A stretch of DNA of 64,000 nt from a virus (IMGVR_UViG_2863283106_000001:32001-96000), one strand, 5' to 3'; shown: positions 20,901 through 27,197, counted from the first letter of the stretch. Notes: generated by a model from the sequence alone, not told the origin. Numbers and translations: made by a program.

Positions 20901-23119
20901 ATGTGCTGGGCCAGGGCGCGGAACTCCTCCGGCGCCCCGTCCGGCCACTGCCGCTCGGCGAGCTCGTTGACCTTGCCCCAGTCGCTGATGACATCCCTGG
21001 CCGCGACCCTGGCATCACCAACGGCGGGATGCGCCTGCATACGGGCACCGCTGTCGCGCTGCACGTCTTCCAGACGCCGGCGGGACCTGGGGACGACGGA
21101 CAGCATGTCGCCGGGGCGCGCGCCGAACTGATCGATCTCCTCGCGGCCGCCGAGGCTGCGGGTGGTGAAGGTGCGGCCGCCCTCGTACCGGTCCACGCGG
21201 GTGACGACGTGCCCGAACATGCCACGTGCCACGACGTCACCAACGCGCACACGGTCGGCGCGGACTTCCTCGGGGGTGAAACCGTCGGTGTTCCCGGACA
21301 CCTGCACCTGCGTCGGCATCCGCAGAACGCGGGCGGTGTCGCCAGACACGATCACCTTGCCGTCCGGGCCCGTCAGCGTGACGTCCACCAGGGGCGCGCC
21401 GGTCGTTCCCGGGCCGGGCGAGTAGGTCGAGGCGATAGTGCCCTCGACGGTGACCGTTCCCGGCTTGGGCATGCTGCGGGTGCTGTCCGGCCACTCGATG
21501 TCACGGCCGTTGATGGTGACGGTGACGCGGTCGCCGTGCTTGAGGCTGTCGCGGCTGACCGTCTCTGGGGTGTCGCTGCTGGACGCGTCGGTGTTTCCTT
21601 CGCCGGTGCCCGCAGCCGGGTCGTTCTGCGTTCCGGGAGCGTTCTCGTTCTGGCCAGGCTGGTTCTGTGCGCGCTTGTTGGCCTGGGAAGCGTCAGCGTC
21701 TGCCTGGGCTTTGGCGATGGCCGCCTTGCCCGTGCCCTCGGTGTGGGACGTGTAGCTTCCGGGAGTGCTCCAGTCGAGCGGCTGCCCGTCATCACCGCGC
21801 ACGGCCTCGAGGTCGCGGGCCGCCGCCATGCCCGAAGGCTTTGAAGCGAAGCCGTGAGCGACCAGCAGGGACGTGCCGGTGTGGTGAAGGTCCCACACGT
21901 TTCCTCGCCGGACGAGGACGAAGTGCCCGGCGGGGGAGAGCTGGGCGCGGGGGAGCTTGCGGGCGGCGGTCTCTCCGTTCTTCGCCTGGATCCTGCGGGA
22001 GCGTTCGCTGTCGTCTCCTTCTCGAACCGGGTCGGGTCCGTTCTCCCAGTGCTTGCGGACAGCGTTGATGGTGGCGAAGCGGCGCTCACCGCCTGGAGCG
22101 TCGGTCTTCGGCTTCTTGGGTGCTGTGGTCTTCTTCGCCGTGGGCCGGGGGGTGGTGTCGAACTCTGTACGGGCCCGGGTGATGGCGGCCTGGATGTTCT
22201 CGCCCTTGGTGGAGCGCCAGGAGCCGGCGGCCCGGTCGAGGTCGGGGTTGGAGAAGTCGAACCCGCCGGGTGTCGCGGTGTCGGCGGTGGTCTGGGCGAG
22301 GTGGTCGGCGAACCGGGAGGCTTCCTGCGGGGAGTCGAAGTCGCCGGCGGCGTCCATGCGCTGACCGGTGCCGGTGGCCGTCAGGTACCAGCGGCCGCTG
22401 GAGTCGTCGCGGAGGATTGCCAGGCCGCCGGTGCGGTTGGTCACCAGGTCGTCGTCTTCGGCGACGGACCGCAGGAACCGGTCCATGTCCGGCCCTGTGT
22501 CGGGTCGTGCGGCGAGCTGGTGGAAGTGCTGGCGGACGGCTGCGACGTCCTTGAATCGGGAGCCTTTCTCGTGCCGCTTGTTCGGCAGGGCGTCGGTGTT
22601 GAGGGGGTGTCGGCCGTCGGCCGGCTCGTCCTCGTCGTCATCGTCGTCCGGGCCGTCGCCGTCATCGTCGCCGATGGGGCGGCCCTGGTCGTCGACGTCG
22701 TGCGGGTCGTTCGGGGTGTCCGGGTCGCCGTCGTCGTCCCGGGCCAGGCCGTTGCCGCGGCGCGGGTCCTTGCGGCGCTTCTCGTCCTCCGCCGCGACCT
22801 TGTCCTGGTCCTCGGTGGGCGCGGTGCCGTCGGGGCGGGTGACCATTGACACCCACTTGGCGCTGGTGGTGTGTCGGCGGCCGCGGAATTCGTTCGGGCC
22901 GCTCTGGTCCTGGACGAGGATGCGGTCATGCGGGAGTGCTCGGACGACGCGCGCGAGCTTGCCGCCCCACAGGCGGACAGTGCCGCCGGTCTCGATGAAC
23001 CTGCCCTTGCTGTCGCGCGGGTGCAGGGCGGGGTTCCACTTACGGCGGGCGGCCTTGACCTCGAGGGCGTCACTCAGGGCCTGCAACTCAGCGTGCGCAG
23101 CAGCGGGGCGATTCAGCAT
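5951..23119 (-). CDS. Giant (~5,720 aa) polyvalent protein with SF1 UvrD-like helicase, repeated domains and a degenerate zincin-like C-terminus
   Basis: 17-kb ORF. Helicase motifs PTDEQ, ALAGTGKST, WDEAQD, VGDSNQAIYGFRGA, TFRFG, STAHKAKGLE, LAYVAVTRA at about 17150-18850. N-terminal WNPALHPRDSKGRF. Start placed at 23119 from the promoter spacing; the ORF extends to 23131. Confidence 0.85.
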   Translation of the reverse strand: MLNRPAAAHAELQALSDALEVKAARRKWNPALHPRDSKGRFIETGGTVRLWGGKLARVVRALPHDRILVQDQSGPNEFRGRRHTTSAKWVSMVTRPDGTAPTEDQDKVAAEDEKRRKDPRRGNGLARDDDGDPDTPNDPHDVDDQGRPIGDDDGDGPDDDDDEDEPADGRHPLNTDALPNKRHEKGSRFKDVAAVRQHFHQLAARPDTGPDMDRFLRSVAEDDDLVTNRTGGLAILRDDSSGRWYLTATGTGQRMDAAGDFDSPQEASRFADHLAQTTADTATPGGFDFSNPDLDRAAGSWRSTKGENIQAAITRARTEFDTTPRPTAKKTTAPKKPKTDAPGGERRFATINAVRKHWENGPDPVREGDDSERSRRIQAKNGETAARKLPRAQLSPAGHFVLVRRGNVWDLHHTGTSLLVAHGFASKPSGMAAARDLEAVRGDDGQPLDWSTPGSYTSHTEGTGKAAIAKAQADADASQANKRAQNQPGQNENAPGTQNDPAAGTGEGNTDASSSDTPETVSRDSLKHGDRVTVTINGRDIEWPDSTRSMPKPGTVTVEGTIASTYSPGPGTTGAPLVDVTLTGPDGKVIVSGDTARVLRMPTQVQVSGNTDGFTPEEVRADRVRVGDVVARGMFGHVVTRVDRYEGGRTFTTRSLGGREEIDQFGARPGDMLSVVPRSRRRLEDVQRDSGARMQAHPAVGDARVAARDVISDWGKVNELAERQWPDGAPEEFRALAQHMQNVTDAPKGPEGYQQNADAMRGALAALEGLDTESLDQDLQRALLQLDDRLDANADRFEADARAIREARRKKETAAQAQQRAQELQARPPVADLDTEQLNAERAELASARPSYETDEITKIRKQRLTDVEAELARRESDNNRNNSEPADEPLRYAWDKPEDFITLTMPEALADFLSTEETAAMEDPDTRKALKEAKKGRNGTLRVTGPVEVHRALLEWAWTMAGGEGLESDPDEVRAYNTYTKRVDQAAAELRERRAQREKDTQAPDADGTDDADGTDDADGTDDADGSGDGGDGDGTVSMSPDEVSEQLDAIRPEGSKAPSTMTDPEIREEIVALMERDMAGELSGADRTRMQVLEAEEARRAGRKPKQEPKPKPKQPVEEPGGLFDVDQPANTGPNRAADLNNPDDRAADEFGTPDMFADAEGRDTTNLREAQLRAPMDLESGDRFLDSGGRARTVARKPVLTGRGRVLVVDEDGKEHLLPSDVEVRVLYPDEAAPEVPDTDAPEAPEGDAPATDAPEAPENSAPETPESDTPAAGTVNQPPAPQPEGEAGSTDPIGDREPADMSAEEIENEVDGLEDVTRALEESTDPLELAYRLRAERRLWALQREEADRWEREPEYDKDGKLVEPSRGSILLDRVGGYGLNQDEARGAVSSVDELPPAKPGGYSDADWERIEAQASAGEAYPPTDEQRVIIEGAARRGLDMRVMALAGTGKSTTLKMLSRRMPNKRILYLAFNRSVADEAIESQQRGEYGKNLTPTTANAYANSMVDKDLLERLKWPRLNDQQLADRMRWYEPIQAGGDSLSPRRAAHYANELLSAWVKSDDDDFAEHHLPEELRNRAAVFAAVKPLAEQMWANLTDPKAKNKDRDLPLSFDHPVKMWALSRRVPDTDVLFWDEAQDVNPVMEGIVRNIRAAGIQVVAVGDSNQAIYGFRGATDALGRLPADATATLTQTFRFGDAVADAGNRFLRLVGSRMRLKGWDRKNSHIGEINPGDETMLIARTNAGVVLGAVEGLQAGRRVAVSGGLNDLRKFLEAAEALRDGKRTKHQDLAQFNGMAWEDIREEVAGDKNLKQLDSMFKLMERHSEDLEALLNAVRMPRPLVEDDGEHMWVKLAFGDSNFETTKEWLKRQGFGWDGVSKRWGYPPPRKGDYVPEDERARILQKVEQYIADRYTAPPSSSGGQVVDQAAPHDLLVSTAHKAKGLESERVRIASDFFTPKETPEGGIDWDTIPGDEELRLAYVAVTRATDVLDMGSLGWVMDATRGDDPMEEPDGDYTRDWKISDFQAGDRVTFWSEDGESVLAGTVSAIDGVELRVRTEDGRTAPITASRVVRRNGQDQPRLDVASPEELDAALNSGQFVPPQQGGAVRIPRQEVQETLNQIRPEPTGGQDDNDSSDNTDAGSTGNGGDSSEPAATSDDDGDETSIARTLRDRLPALPPLPPDPGDHIRHMGKREILLQIRRPYEHAAAHLDGILSGNPPTGDNREDLRRARVRIAETAEALDRYEAELPDLEQTRSVRAELQDMDAVIDQAMSALPERTPQPRGEGPNGGTLYHPSDLRDGDLISFQGTEPMDTRNQVHTYRGIFHDLSMGTPKDHETGETAIRLERMLWNEEAQQWEGDNRVEYGYLAPGDLVEKFTPEQWDALQRPEQSNTDDSAGAEEIPLAPIGDTPPIAMSDDEIAAELEALEAWRQRHVVPSGEGPRVPRSDLSPTVSRIGNRRGALLEAQNQRQAVRIREEQDAQKAREKADALARAVVGKKAADGSSPVSLDGEQIGTVEKLGSKWSYTHVDGTSSGPLLKSKADAVAGLVHLVDFRREQEEELARNDAARSETPDGWVLGDREDVAENDIIRVPRMRKDRDGRPYPEGWNAPVRVTRVERRDDGTTTVSFVNSDGSYAWGSPLFLRGPDDTFAWASDRTRPEPTPAWHHELRARMRDIHDDILTLRNHSEGIDDQDRIQRLQDLLERVEDGSEDLQADLRRLVGETAWLKEEFDNPDLPYETRRYRSWASAAHNKARRALEHPDFQQGSTDPVQDDEFAAVRQRYDGDMVPASEIRLGDWVHTVSADPAYNEPMHMVGRVIGVTPVLSNGQVRIEVEADVTLNGTDTVRAEFAMIRATDLVERLPEGNPGREDSSDLARRIEADHGRRRAAKVRVPEGWQAVDGSQIQPRPGDRFRIVARRGGGSGPNSGPEHMNITVERPAQRDGYWRVKNQPLSFRPSDIVAIPDGSDARGRDDDAPESGKPNTDGPGNAPVLGGQAAAAPDAGPRRFSSVDEVRDRWKRGDLDPAPHADMVLPSHKHGMRSTDADTDTLELSEGGRLAVLQVSEDIGPVWSVVAPGSMAVIARAYNRDDALAQARILEGVRDTDGNLFPWDAPDAAERALTFRGPDGESLGTVVAQRMVSQGGDEGVHSFWQKEARRYLDSKRELSNYYDEWRTRQEADGYTIPLNPLDTQAGDEITVLHAYPGPYDSGPRTAGITNRARLEDSARPDPLGQGAMFPFLVDSHWSVRTEESPEFTDEQADKTGRALIRSLRFRSTADRPEAFRRPRPGERDAASQDGDDRAARAQALFGEGLNAVGGESLPEMQELRDRLDRADDADDRDAELRDIADRMDALAEQYELAGPQGEHAADRFRLASRAARGERDQDNEQQNSQDEEQQNQNTPENEGEQDNDNEQQDQDNEEDNQRRRDSDLDGGAADPDGEPDGGGADAPGDGGDSGDNGDGPDNADGGEDGPDDGNDDQEEDEGKRRRRRRRRNRDGGNGGPNGGGPGGPGLPHMNMPESDTPSGEGDEGDGRTPARHRDVDSLRSAWKAGDGLTPAEDTPERRAHLAELADREGLALSPEGGLAMWPEQQDDGSTVWRFAQARNGTNLPGIALTSDNPEEASELTARFEDLTDRNGDLFDWNQPWGPAAVAAWRDGEGRNLPQALRAVQEDYERERASAFVLPEDLTTLDDAELEAAYLRGLGPKDELRVMAEMDRRDGYVDEKVRAAMGDTPPANAEEAEREGKAMDAALGFGDTDVTQPAPATPGNLRREFDALDEERFQAAMEATGGRFLSPEAEAAGVDPREVFSGRKYSNKRAKELASPELNLWLFGDETTAGNGRLTYSQYRQREADRALHLEFADWNEARHRAAIEFTNGYFYKQKYKYSADKPNETELFSGGSLSAGDRWREYASEELVEWYDLNGGRVTFNQWKQQRRENDRIARHQYEEEQRAGSAETDTPQPLTADDVAPARPFDPQRAENIDDAVLRYGSADRADAFADRAELRPDGDGGAQAVWLDGRRIGTVSIHSAAPGTDPVWDARPFFGLGNDRASRTRDRNLAVANLVVQAMQDGPADPANPGEDVWDSVMLRLAGTDRTLPELPESLRDIPEARARYDRLAAMVDAFRDGRSPSGDLRDDLVQARDDFAWLRTVLADSEEGGQPEALFDLDARAAWAGRLLDGFAPDSSRERPHTYDQPGSTDASSTTPATDGSTPSPADPADGSRKPEPEGEPAPVGGQPAHWARVEDLVPGDMVRMDGTTRKGKPLQRAGYVYKGPELVDVTRRGRTTQEWRTWVTENPDGTGAGGNVYTTLNATAARAEAPDDVTPGSPATGAQSAVQTGNMPERVPSDRNGRALFPGSAVTGVRGIRTQEGTVTGATDTTVSVRWDDDDTEDGISPTTLAVTDSARPDGWTSDGHQVRPGHVVTDTDGALLGPVDEVEGDKVTVSTAQGTTTRSAGDLRVTGEVSDTAPGTAPVTDIDHPAAADLKEGDVIILDRDGALATVAVTGTRRDGDRVTVEYADTTTGEVGEIDMDAAAILPRAKGENGNAPELGPDDAPDEPEDLTVHEPPRPVDPVTGTTIDPDLTEGDRGVIDDHASGPDDNPDAQQAAARIAADLPVTPEQAAALATQLRQSADPATPEGRAALRAADHLDQAAGRTPPAGFDRPRPSNVAQLGEGDLIAMPDERNGDRLGIFRVIDIEDAPGGVRSLLLEDENQVWRRRIVHGAMPVWQLPEAHPAPPEPPAQGDGQGEDSAPRMRVEARYLSIGEVVSVPVNGEQRRMLVAEAQRSEDRRTVQLRLVGHDGRFMSATVGSSEGFEVVETPAADGPGRALDQEGTMAVQASKLQPGQHLVVGNGHSDGGWYTRRIEAVDVSGRWVTVELVGIAGGPTATVRYELLGGLLAETVLVAGRPRRAVEWFVGNRDRLVVTPDMGDEPSASAAPSTPASAAPSTPAPGPAPAAGAPAPDADTTDGDDDTDPSGPDTGNAPAAAVPDEPSVPIAQVRPGNLRAGDVIDAPVSRAGYQFNGHRRLTIISAPHRNGWWMQLTGMDEDGNVHDFGLHAGRAVNVYDRNRPTPALPPVGELRDPNPTPQSSTDRIASDQARSLAARIIGEAVAGTEPPGDIHALREQIAQRLTPEALRNVRDETSRDGADALDAAGITGSDRDAAQQTLRDTREQAHTDTVRAALRTINDLEPLPGESNEDLAARARDLLRLIPGQVADARTATDPDADPDVARAVTGHVDDAMNALLQQLQAAGVDPGDAERIARIVTRQLDGSRQATARRIARRIAAASPEAARQPGLLARIVAFLIRLAKRLALLVKAGARKIAEKYRSARERLRRLRAFLGRLVRRVRQWPESRRLARLHRAVNLPDTDGGSLAGRISHWAGLMPEPGRFGQAQRRVTLWRPTTWGQLAAGRLPGMSDRIQWAPDRAADGGPGLAALRHMAALRAAGGDVDQDVTRRLAAVLGDDFGDDPHVTLQHADDYVATSERRLVNLQAARSSATIPDDPDLEIEIDAARMELSTARREYADLRARYAAAVPDAVAAALAEIRDVGPDGSAGIVFGPDSTPDAERAVRGVQRVLPRSWLATGAVRGVTAVDGDEGRYEPSGQRITVADLADEGLSTAGHGLAQHLARHIGDLDAAQRAFWFTRTHTGRPGARRMRSSALDRLLRRQQTQPDTGDSLARSVQAMFNGDWYQDDDLRAFLLGLMATR
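20039..20105 (-). repeat. 18-bp tandem repeat encoding (ADGTDD)n, plus a 24-bp duplication (ASAAPSTP x2) near 8240-8290
   Basis: GCCGTCGGCGTCATCGGT occurs three times plus a partial copy. Confidence 0.8.
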
Positions 23120-23157
23120 GCCGCGGACCATGCACAGTGCAGGTGGTTAGCGTCGCG
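23120..23157 (-). promoter_or_regulatory. Class-A promoter (representative of about 14 copies)
   Basis: CGCGACGCTAA-N14-CATGGT-N7-ATG; near-identical geometry at 26623-26660. Confidence 0.7.
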
Positions 23158-23191
23158 CCCTGGCGTGCGGGCGCGACACCACGGCGGCGGC

Positions 23192-23437
23192 CTACATCGT
23201 TTCGGTCAGGATGTGGAAGAGGAACCAGACGGCGCCGCCGGCGACAGTCACCGTGAACAGGGCCCTTCCGGTTTTCGAGGTGCGGGTGCGGAAGGCTCTG
23301 CGGGTGGTCTCGCTGAGGGTGTCGTCGTCCTGCTTGTTCACCAGAGTGACCGTCTCGTAGATCACGAAGAACGCGGCCCACGTTCCCCAGAGGATGCGGC
23401 TGGTGTGGCGGCGGAGGAATTGCACGGCAGTCTTCAC
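23192..23437 (-). CDS. Small two-TM membrane protein
   Basis: GTGA overlap with the nuclease gene, AAGGAG RBS, two hydrophobic helices. Confidence 0.6.
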   Translation of the reverse strand: MKTAVQFLRRHTSRILWGTWAAFFVIYETVTLVNKQDDDTLSETTRRAFRTRTSKTGRALFTVTVAGGAVWFLFHILTETM

Positions 23438-23793
23438 GGGGACTCCTTGGCGGCGGGGACGGGGCGGGGACCGGTGCCGTCGTAGGGAGCGGCGTGACCG
23501 GCGTCGAGGAGGGCGCTGTTCAGGGATGCGCCGTCGGCGGCCGTGATCGTGGCGAGCCAGCGGCCGTATTTCTCTTTGTGGTGGGTCCGCACCACCAGGC
23601 CCGGGGCGTGCTGGGTGAACCAGTCGGCGGCCCACGCCTTGGCGGCCTTGCCCTCGGGGGTGTTCTTCTCCGGCGTGTTCAGCCCGAGGAGGCGGACGCG
23701 CTGGCGGGTGCTGATCCCGAAGCCGAGGTCGATGTTCAGGTCGTAGGTGTCGGCGTCGACCAGGTGCTGGAGCGTGGCGGGGTAGATGTTCAC
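23434..23793 (-). CDS. Thermonuclease (SNase-like), no signal peptide
   Basis: VDADT, RVRLLGLNTPE, KYGRWLA, LNSALLDAGHA. Confidence 0.88.
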   Translation of the reverse strand: MNIYPATLQHLVDADTYDLNIDLGFGISTRQRVRLLGLNTPEKNTPEGKAAKAWAADWFTQHAPGLVVRTHHKEKYGRWLATITAADGASLNSALLDAGHAAPYDGTGPRPVPAAKESP

Positions 23794-23794
23794 G

Positions 23795-26278
23795 TCAGCT
23801 CACCTCTTCGTCCGTGGCGTAGTGGAGGCGGCATCGGCAGTTGATCGTCAGCGCGAGCGGCGCGAAGGGGTCGCCGGGATACCGGAGCTGGGCGCCGTCG
23901 ATCTGGTAGGGGGTGCCGGCGGGCAGGGTCTTGCCGTGCAGTGCCTTGTGCGCGGGCCGGACGCGGTCGTCCCGGCGGGTGACCCAGGTGCGGACGACGT
24001 CGGGGCCAGCGCTCTCCGCCGCGGCGTCCGCGGCCCCGTTGATGGTGGCGACGGCACACGTCTCGGCAGTCCGGGCCACCAGGGCGGGCACGGCCGCGTT
24101 GTAGTAGCCGCCCACTGTGTGCACGAGGGTGTCGAGGTCAAGGTCTGAGTCGTTGTCCTGCGTCTCCCGCAGCACTTCGGCGAGCTCGCCGAGGAAGGCG
24201 GTGATGGCTTCGCCGGCGTACATCGCGGTGACGAGCGCGGCCGCGGCCACGGCCGGGGGCACCGTGTCCGTACCGGTGAGGGCCTGGCTCAGCTTGCGGG
24301 CGGTGGCGGTGGCGGCGCGCTGCAGGATCGGGGCGAGGGTGTTGGTGGTCTCCTCTGCCCAGCGGGCGGCGGACACGACACGGTCCTCGTCGATGTTCGC
24401 GTCGCCGCCGCGGGTGTCGTGTTCGTTTTCCGGCTCCCAGAACCGGGTGTACTTGCGGGTCTTCGGGGCGCGGAGCCGGGCGACGATGACGCCCTCCTGC
24501 CGTGCCAGAAGCGCGGTGAGGGCCGCCTGCACGGCCATGGCCAGGGCGTCGAAATCGGCGTCGGTGACCTCGAACCCGTCCCGCGGGAGTGCCTTAGTCT
24601 CGATCGGGGCGCGCGCGTTCTCGACGTCCTCGGCCGCGGGCCCGGAGTCGGGCTGCATGCGGGTGGCGCGGGCGCGCGCGACGTCGTCGGCCGCATCTCC
24701 GGGGAGTGCGTCGGTGCTCTCGGCGCGGGCCGCCGCGACGTCGTCCGCGGCGGTCGCCGCCGGTCCGGCCGGCAGCTCGAGGGGCGCCTGCCCGCGGGCT
24801 GCGGCGACGTCGTCCGCTGCGGTCGGGGACGTCTCGAGTGCGCGGGCTGTGGCGACGTCCGCGGCGGCGGGCCCGTCTCCGGGGGCCGGGGGCAGCGCCG
24901 CGGCGGGGTCGGCCCCAAGGCCACCGTCAAGGGCGGGGTCGCCACCGAGGCCGGGGTCAGGGGCGAGTCCGAGGGCGGCCGCGTCCTGGTCGTTGGCCGG
25001 TACGGGCGCCTTCTGCGGGCTGATCCACAGCGCGCGGGACTGGGGGGTGTTGAACGGCCGGCGCTTGGCGATCTCCCGGTACTCGTCGATGGTGATCAGC
25101 CCGGCCTCGAACTCCTTGCGGGCTTCCTCGCGGGCCTGGCGGCGGGGGAACTCCAGGGCCTGGACCTGGGAGGTGTCGAACCGGATCACCCAGTCGTCGG
25201 ACAGGTCTGGGTCGAACGCCGAGGCGATCAGGTTGAGGTGGGGCAGCTCGGTGTGTGCCCAGAAGTTCCACTCTTCGCGGTCGGCGTTGTTGAACGTCCG
25301 CTCGCTGGCGTTGCCGATGACGGACTCGTACACGCCGAACGCGGAGAGGATCTCGTTCTTGGCGGTGCTGGCCAGCGTCTCGTATGCCATCTCCCGCGGG
25401 CGGGCGGAGGTGTCCACGTAGGTGACGCCGCCGGGGCCGGTGCCGACGAGGGTGAGCTGGCCGGCGTTGTGTGCGCCTGGGGCGAGGCGCCGTTGGATCC
25501 GTTCGACTTCGGCGGAGTCGACGCCGTCCAGGTCGATACCGACAATGCCGCCCGGTCTGCCGTCATTGTCGATAAATGAGATGTTGTAGGTGCGGGCCTT
25601 GACGTCCAGGTCGACGGACAGGCCGGCGGCCTCGAGCGGGGTCACGCCGCAGAACGGATCGGTGGGGTGCGGGTCGCGCAGCCAGATCACTTTCTCCGGC
25701 TTGAGCTCCCGGATGTGTCCGGCGTAGTCCGTGAACTCGAAATGCTTGATGTAGTCGGCGTTCCGGTCGTCCGGGATGATCTGGACGCGGTCCGGTGGCA
25801 GCAGGTCAAGCCTGACCAGGACTCCGCCGCGGCTGTACGTCTTCTCGATGAACACACCCTTCTTGCTGAGCAGCAACTGGGCGCTGAGTCGCTTTTTGAA
25901 GACGTCGCCGGTCTCGAGGGGGTTGGCCCGCTTGTTCAGCAGCCGCAGCAGCGGGTGGTCCTCGAGGGTCTCCTCGAACTCCCGCTCGTCGCCGCCGCGG
26001 CCGATCTGTATGGGCAGGGTAGAGGCGTGCTTGCTGATCGCCTCGACGCTCTTGAAGGTCCAGATGCTGCGCTCGTAGCCCTCGATGACGACGCGCTCGA
26101 GGTCCCAGCCGTCCGCGCGGCCGGGGGTGCCCCAGACGTTGGTGACGCCGGCGTACGACATCGATGTGTAGACGCCGCCCCCGGCGAGGAGGTCCTTCGT
26201 CTCCACGGGTGGGGGTGGCGGCTCGACCGTTCGGGGGGCGAGGAGGCCGCGGAGCGTGGGGAGGAACTGGCGGGGCAT
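23795..26278 (-). CDS. Phage portal protein fused to a MuF (gpF-like) minor head domain
   Basis: Portal motifs HPLLRLL..ANP, LLPPDRV, GVTPLEAA, EILSAFGV, GLITIDEYR; Ala/Asp-rich repeat linker (AADDVAAAR); C-terminal WVTRRDDRVRPAH..YPGDP..INCRC. Confidence 0.9.
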   Translation of the reverse strand: MPRQFLPTLRGLLAPRTVEPPPPPVETKDLLAGGGVYTSMSYAGVTNVWGTPGRADGWDLERVVIEGYERSIWTFKSVEAISKHASTLPIQIGRGGDEREFEETLEDHPLLRLLNKRANPLETGDVFKKRLSAQLLLSKKGVFIEKTYSRGGVLVRLDLLPPDRVQIIPDDRNADYIKHFEFTDYAGHIRELKPEKVIWLRDPHPTDPFCGVTPLEAAGLSVDLDVKARTYNISFIDNDGRPGGIVGIDLDGVDSAEVERIQRRLAPGAHNAGQLTLVGTGPGGVTYVDTSARPREMAYETLASTAKNEILSAFGVYESVIGNASERTFNNADREEWNFWAHTELPHLNLIASAFDPDLSDDWVIRFDTSQVQALEFPRRQAREEARKEFEAGLITIDEYREIAKRRPFNTPQSRALWISPQKAPVPANDQDAAALGLAPDPGLGGDPALDGGLGADPAAALPPAPGDGPAAADVATARALETSPTAADDVAAARGQAPLELPAGPAATAADDVAAARAESTDALPGDAADDVARARATRMQPDSGPAAEDVENARAPIETKALPRDGFEVTDADFDALAMAVQAALTALLARQEGVIVARLRAPKTRKYTRFWEPENEHDTRGGDANIDEDRVVSAARWAEETTNTLAPILQRAATATARKLSQALTGTDTVPPAVAAAALVTAMYAGEAITAFLGELAEVLRETQDNDSDLDLDTLVHTVGGYYNAAVPALVARTAETCAVATINGAADAAAESAGPDVVRTWVTRRDDRVRPAHKALHGKTLPAGTPYQIDGAQLRYPGDPFAPLALTINCRCRLHYATDEEVS

Positions 26279-26622
26279 CAGGCCCCCTCAGACTCGTGGG
26301 TGGCGAGCCAGAGGCCGGCCGCGGTGACGGCGAGGGCGATGTAGAGCCAGCCCGCGGGCGCGTACAGCACGAACGCGCACGCGGTGACGCCGCTGTACCC
26401 GACTCCGCAGACTGCCCAGCGCAGGACGTGCACGCGGCGTGGGGCGTCGGGCTTGGGGGTGATCAGCCAGCCCGCGACGATGAGCCCGATCATGACGGCG
26501 TTCAGGGCCGCAGCCCAGTGGAGTGCGCCCAGCGCCACGAGGACACCGAGCACGCCGAGAGCGGTGAGGCACAGGCCGGCGGCTTCGCGGGCGAGCGCCC
26601 TGGGGGTTCGCTGAGTAGTCAC
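26278..26622 (-). CDS. Membrane protein (about 4 TM), first gene of the portal operon
   Basis: Hydrophobic; likely leaderless GTG at 26622 after a class-A promoter; TGATG overlap with the portal gene. Confidence 0.6.
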   Translation of the reverse strand: MTTQRTPRALAREAAGLCLTALGVLGVLVALGALHWAAALNAVMIGLIVAGWLITPKPDAPRRVHVLRWAVCGVGYSGVTACAFVLYAPAGWLYIALAVTAAGLWLATHESEGA

Positions 26623-26663
26623 GCCGCGCACCATGAACAGCGTGCGGCGTTAGTGTCGCGTGC

Positions 26664-27197
26664 TCAGCGCTTGGGGCGGGACACCCCCGACACGTACGCG
26701 CCGATGCCGCGCCGGTTGATCCTGCCGCCGGGGATGATCCTGGCGTTCGCGGGCGGGACAGGGATCTTCCGCTTCGCTCGCTTGGACTGGTCCCCGCCGA
26801 TCAGGTGCGTGTTGTCGATCTTCGCGGCGCAGTCGTCGCCTCGAACCTCGTCGTACGGGCGGCGGCAACCCTTGCAATACACCTCGAGTGCGTCGACGCG
26901 CTGCCCTTCGGTGGTCTTGAAGCTGCCCCGGAAGTCAGCGACGCGCGCGATCTTCGGAGTCACCTCGATCTCGGCGGCCACGACCCACACGTGGGAGAGG
27001 TCCGGTTTCTGCTCCGGCGCGGGCGGAGCCGGGGGTACTTCGGGGGCGGGCTCCTCGAGCGTCTTCGTTTCAGCCGCGGGCGCGGGCGGCTCCGGGGCCG
27101 GGCTGGGGGCCGGCTCGGGGGCGAGCCAGGCGAACAGGCTCTCCTGCAGATGGGAGCGGCCGGTCTCGGGCGAGAGGGGGGCTGTCGCTGTCGTCAC
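26664..27197 (-). CDS. Hypothetical protein with a CxxC...C...H putative Zn site
   Basis: GGAGGA RBS; preceded by a TGTAAC-N16-CGTT promoter. Confidence 0.6.
   Translation of the reverse strand: MTTATAPLSPETGRSHLQESLFAWLAPEPAPSPAPEPPAPAAETKTLEEPAPEVPPAPPAPEQKPDLSHVWVVAAEIEVTPKIARVADFRGSFKTTEGQRVDALEVYCKGCRRPYDEVRGDDCAAKIDNTHLIGGDQSKRAKRKIPVPPANARIIPGGRINRRGIGAYVSGVSRPKR

Noticed and set aside
5951-23131. Giant protein as a tape measure protein or virion RNA polymerase
   Set aside because: It is acidic and Pro-rich with helicase motifs; no tape-measure periodicity and no RNA polymerase catalytic motif seen.
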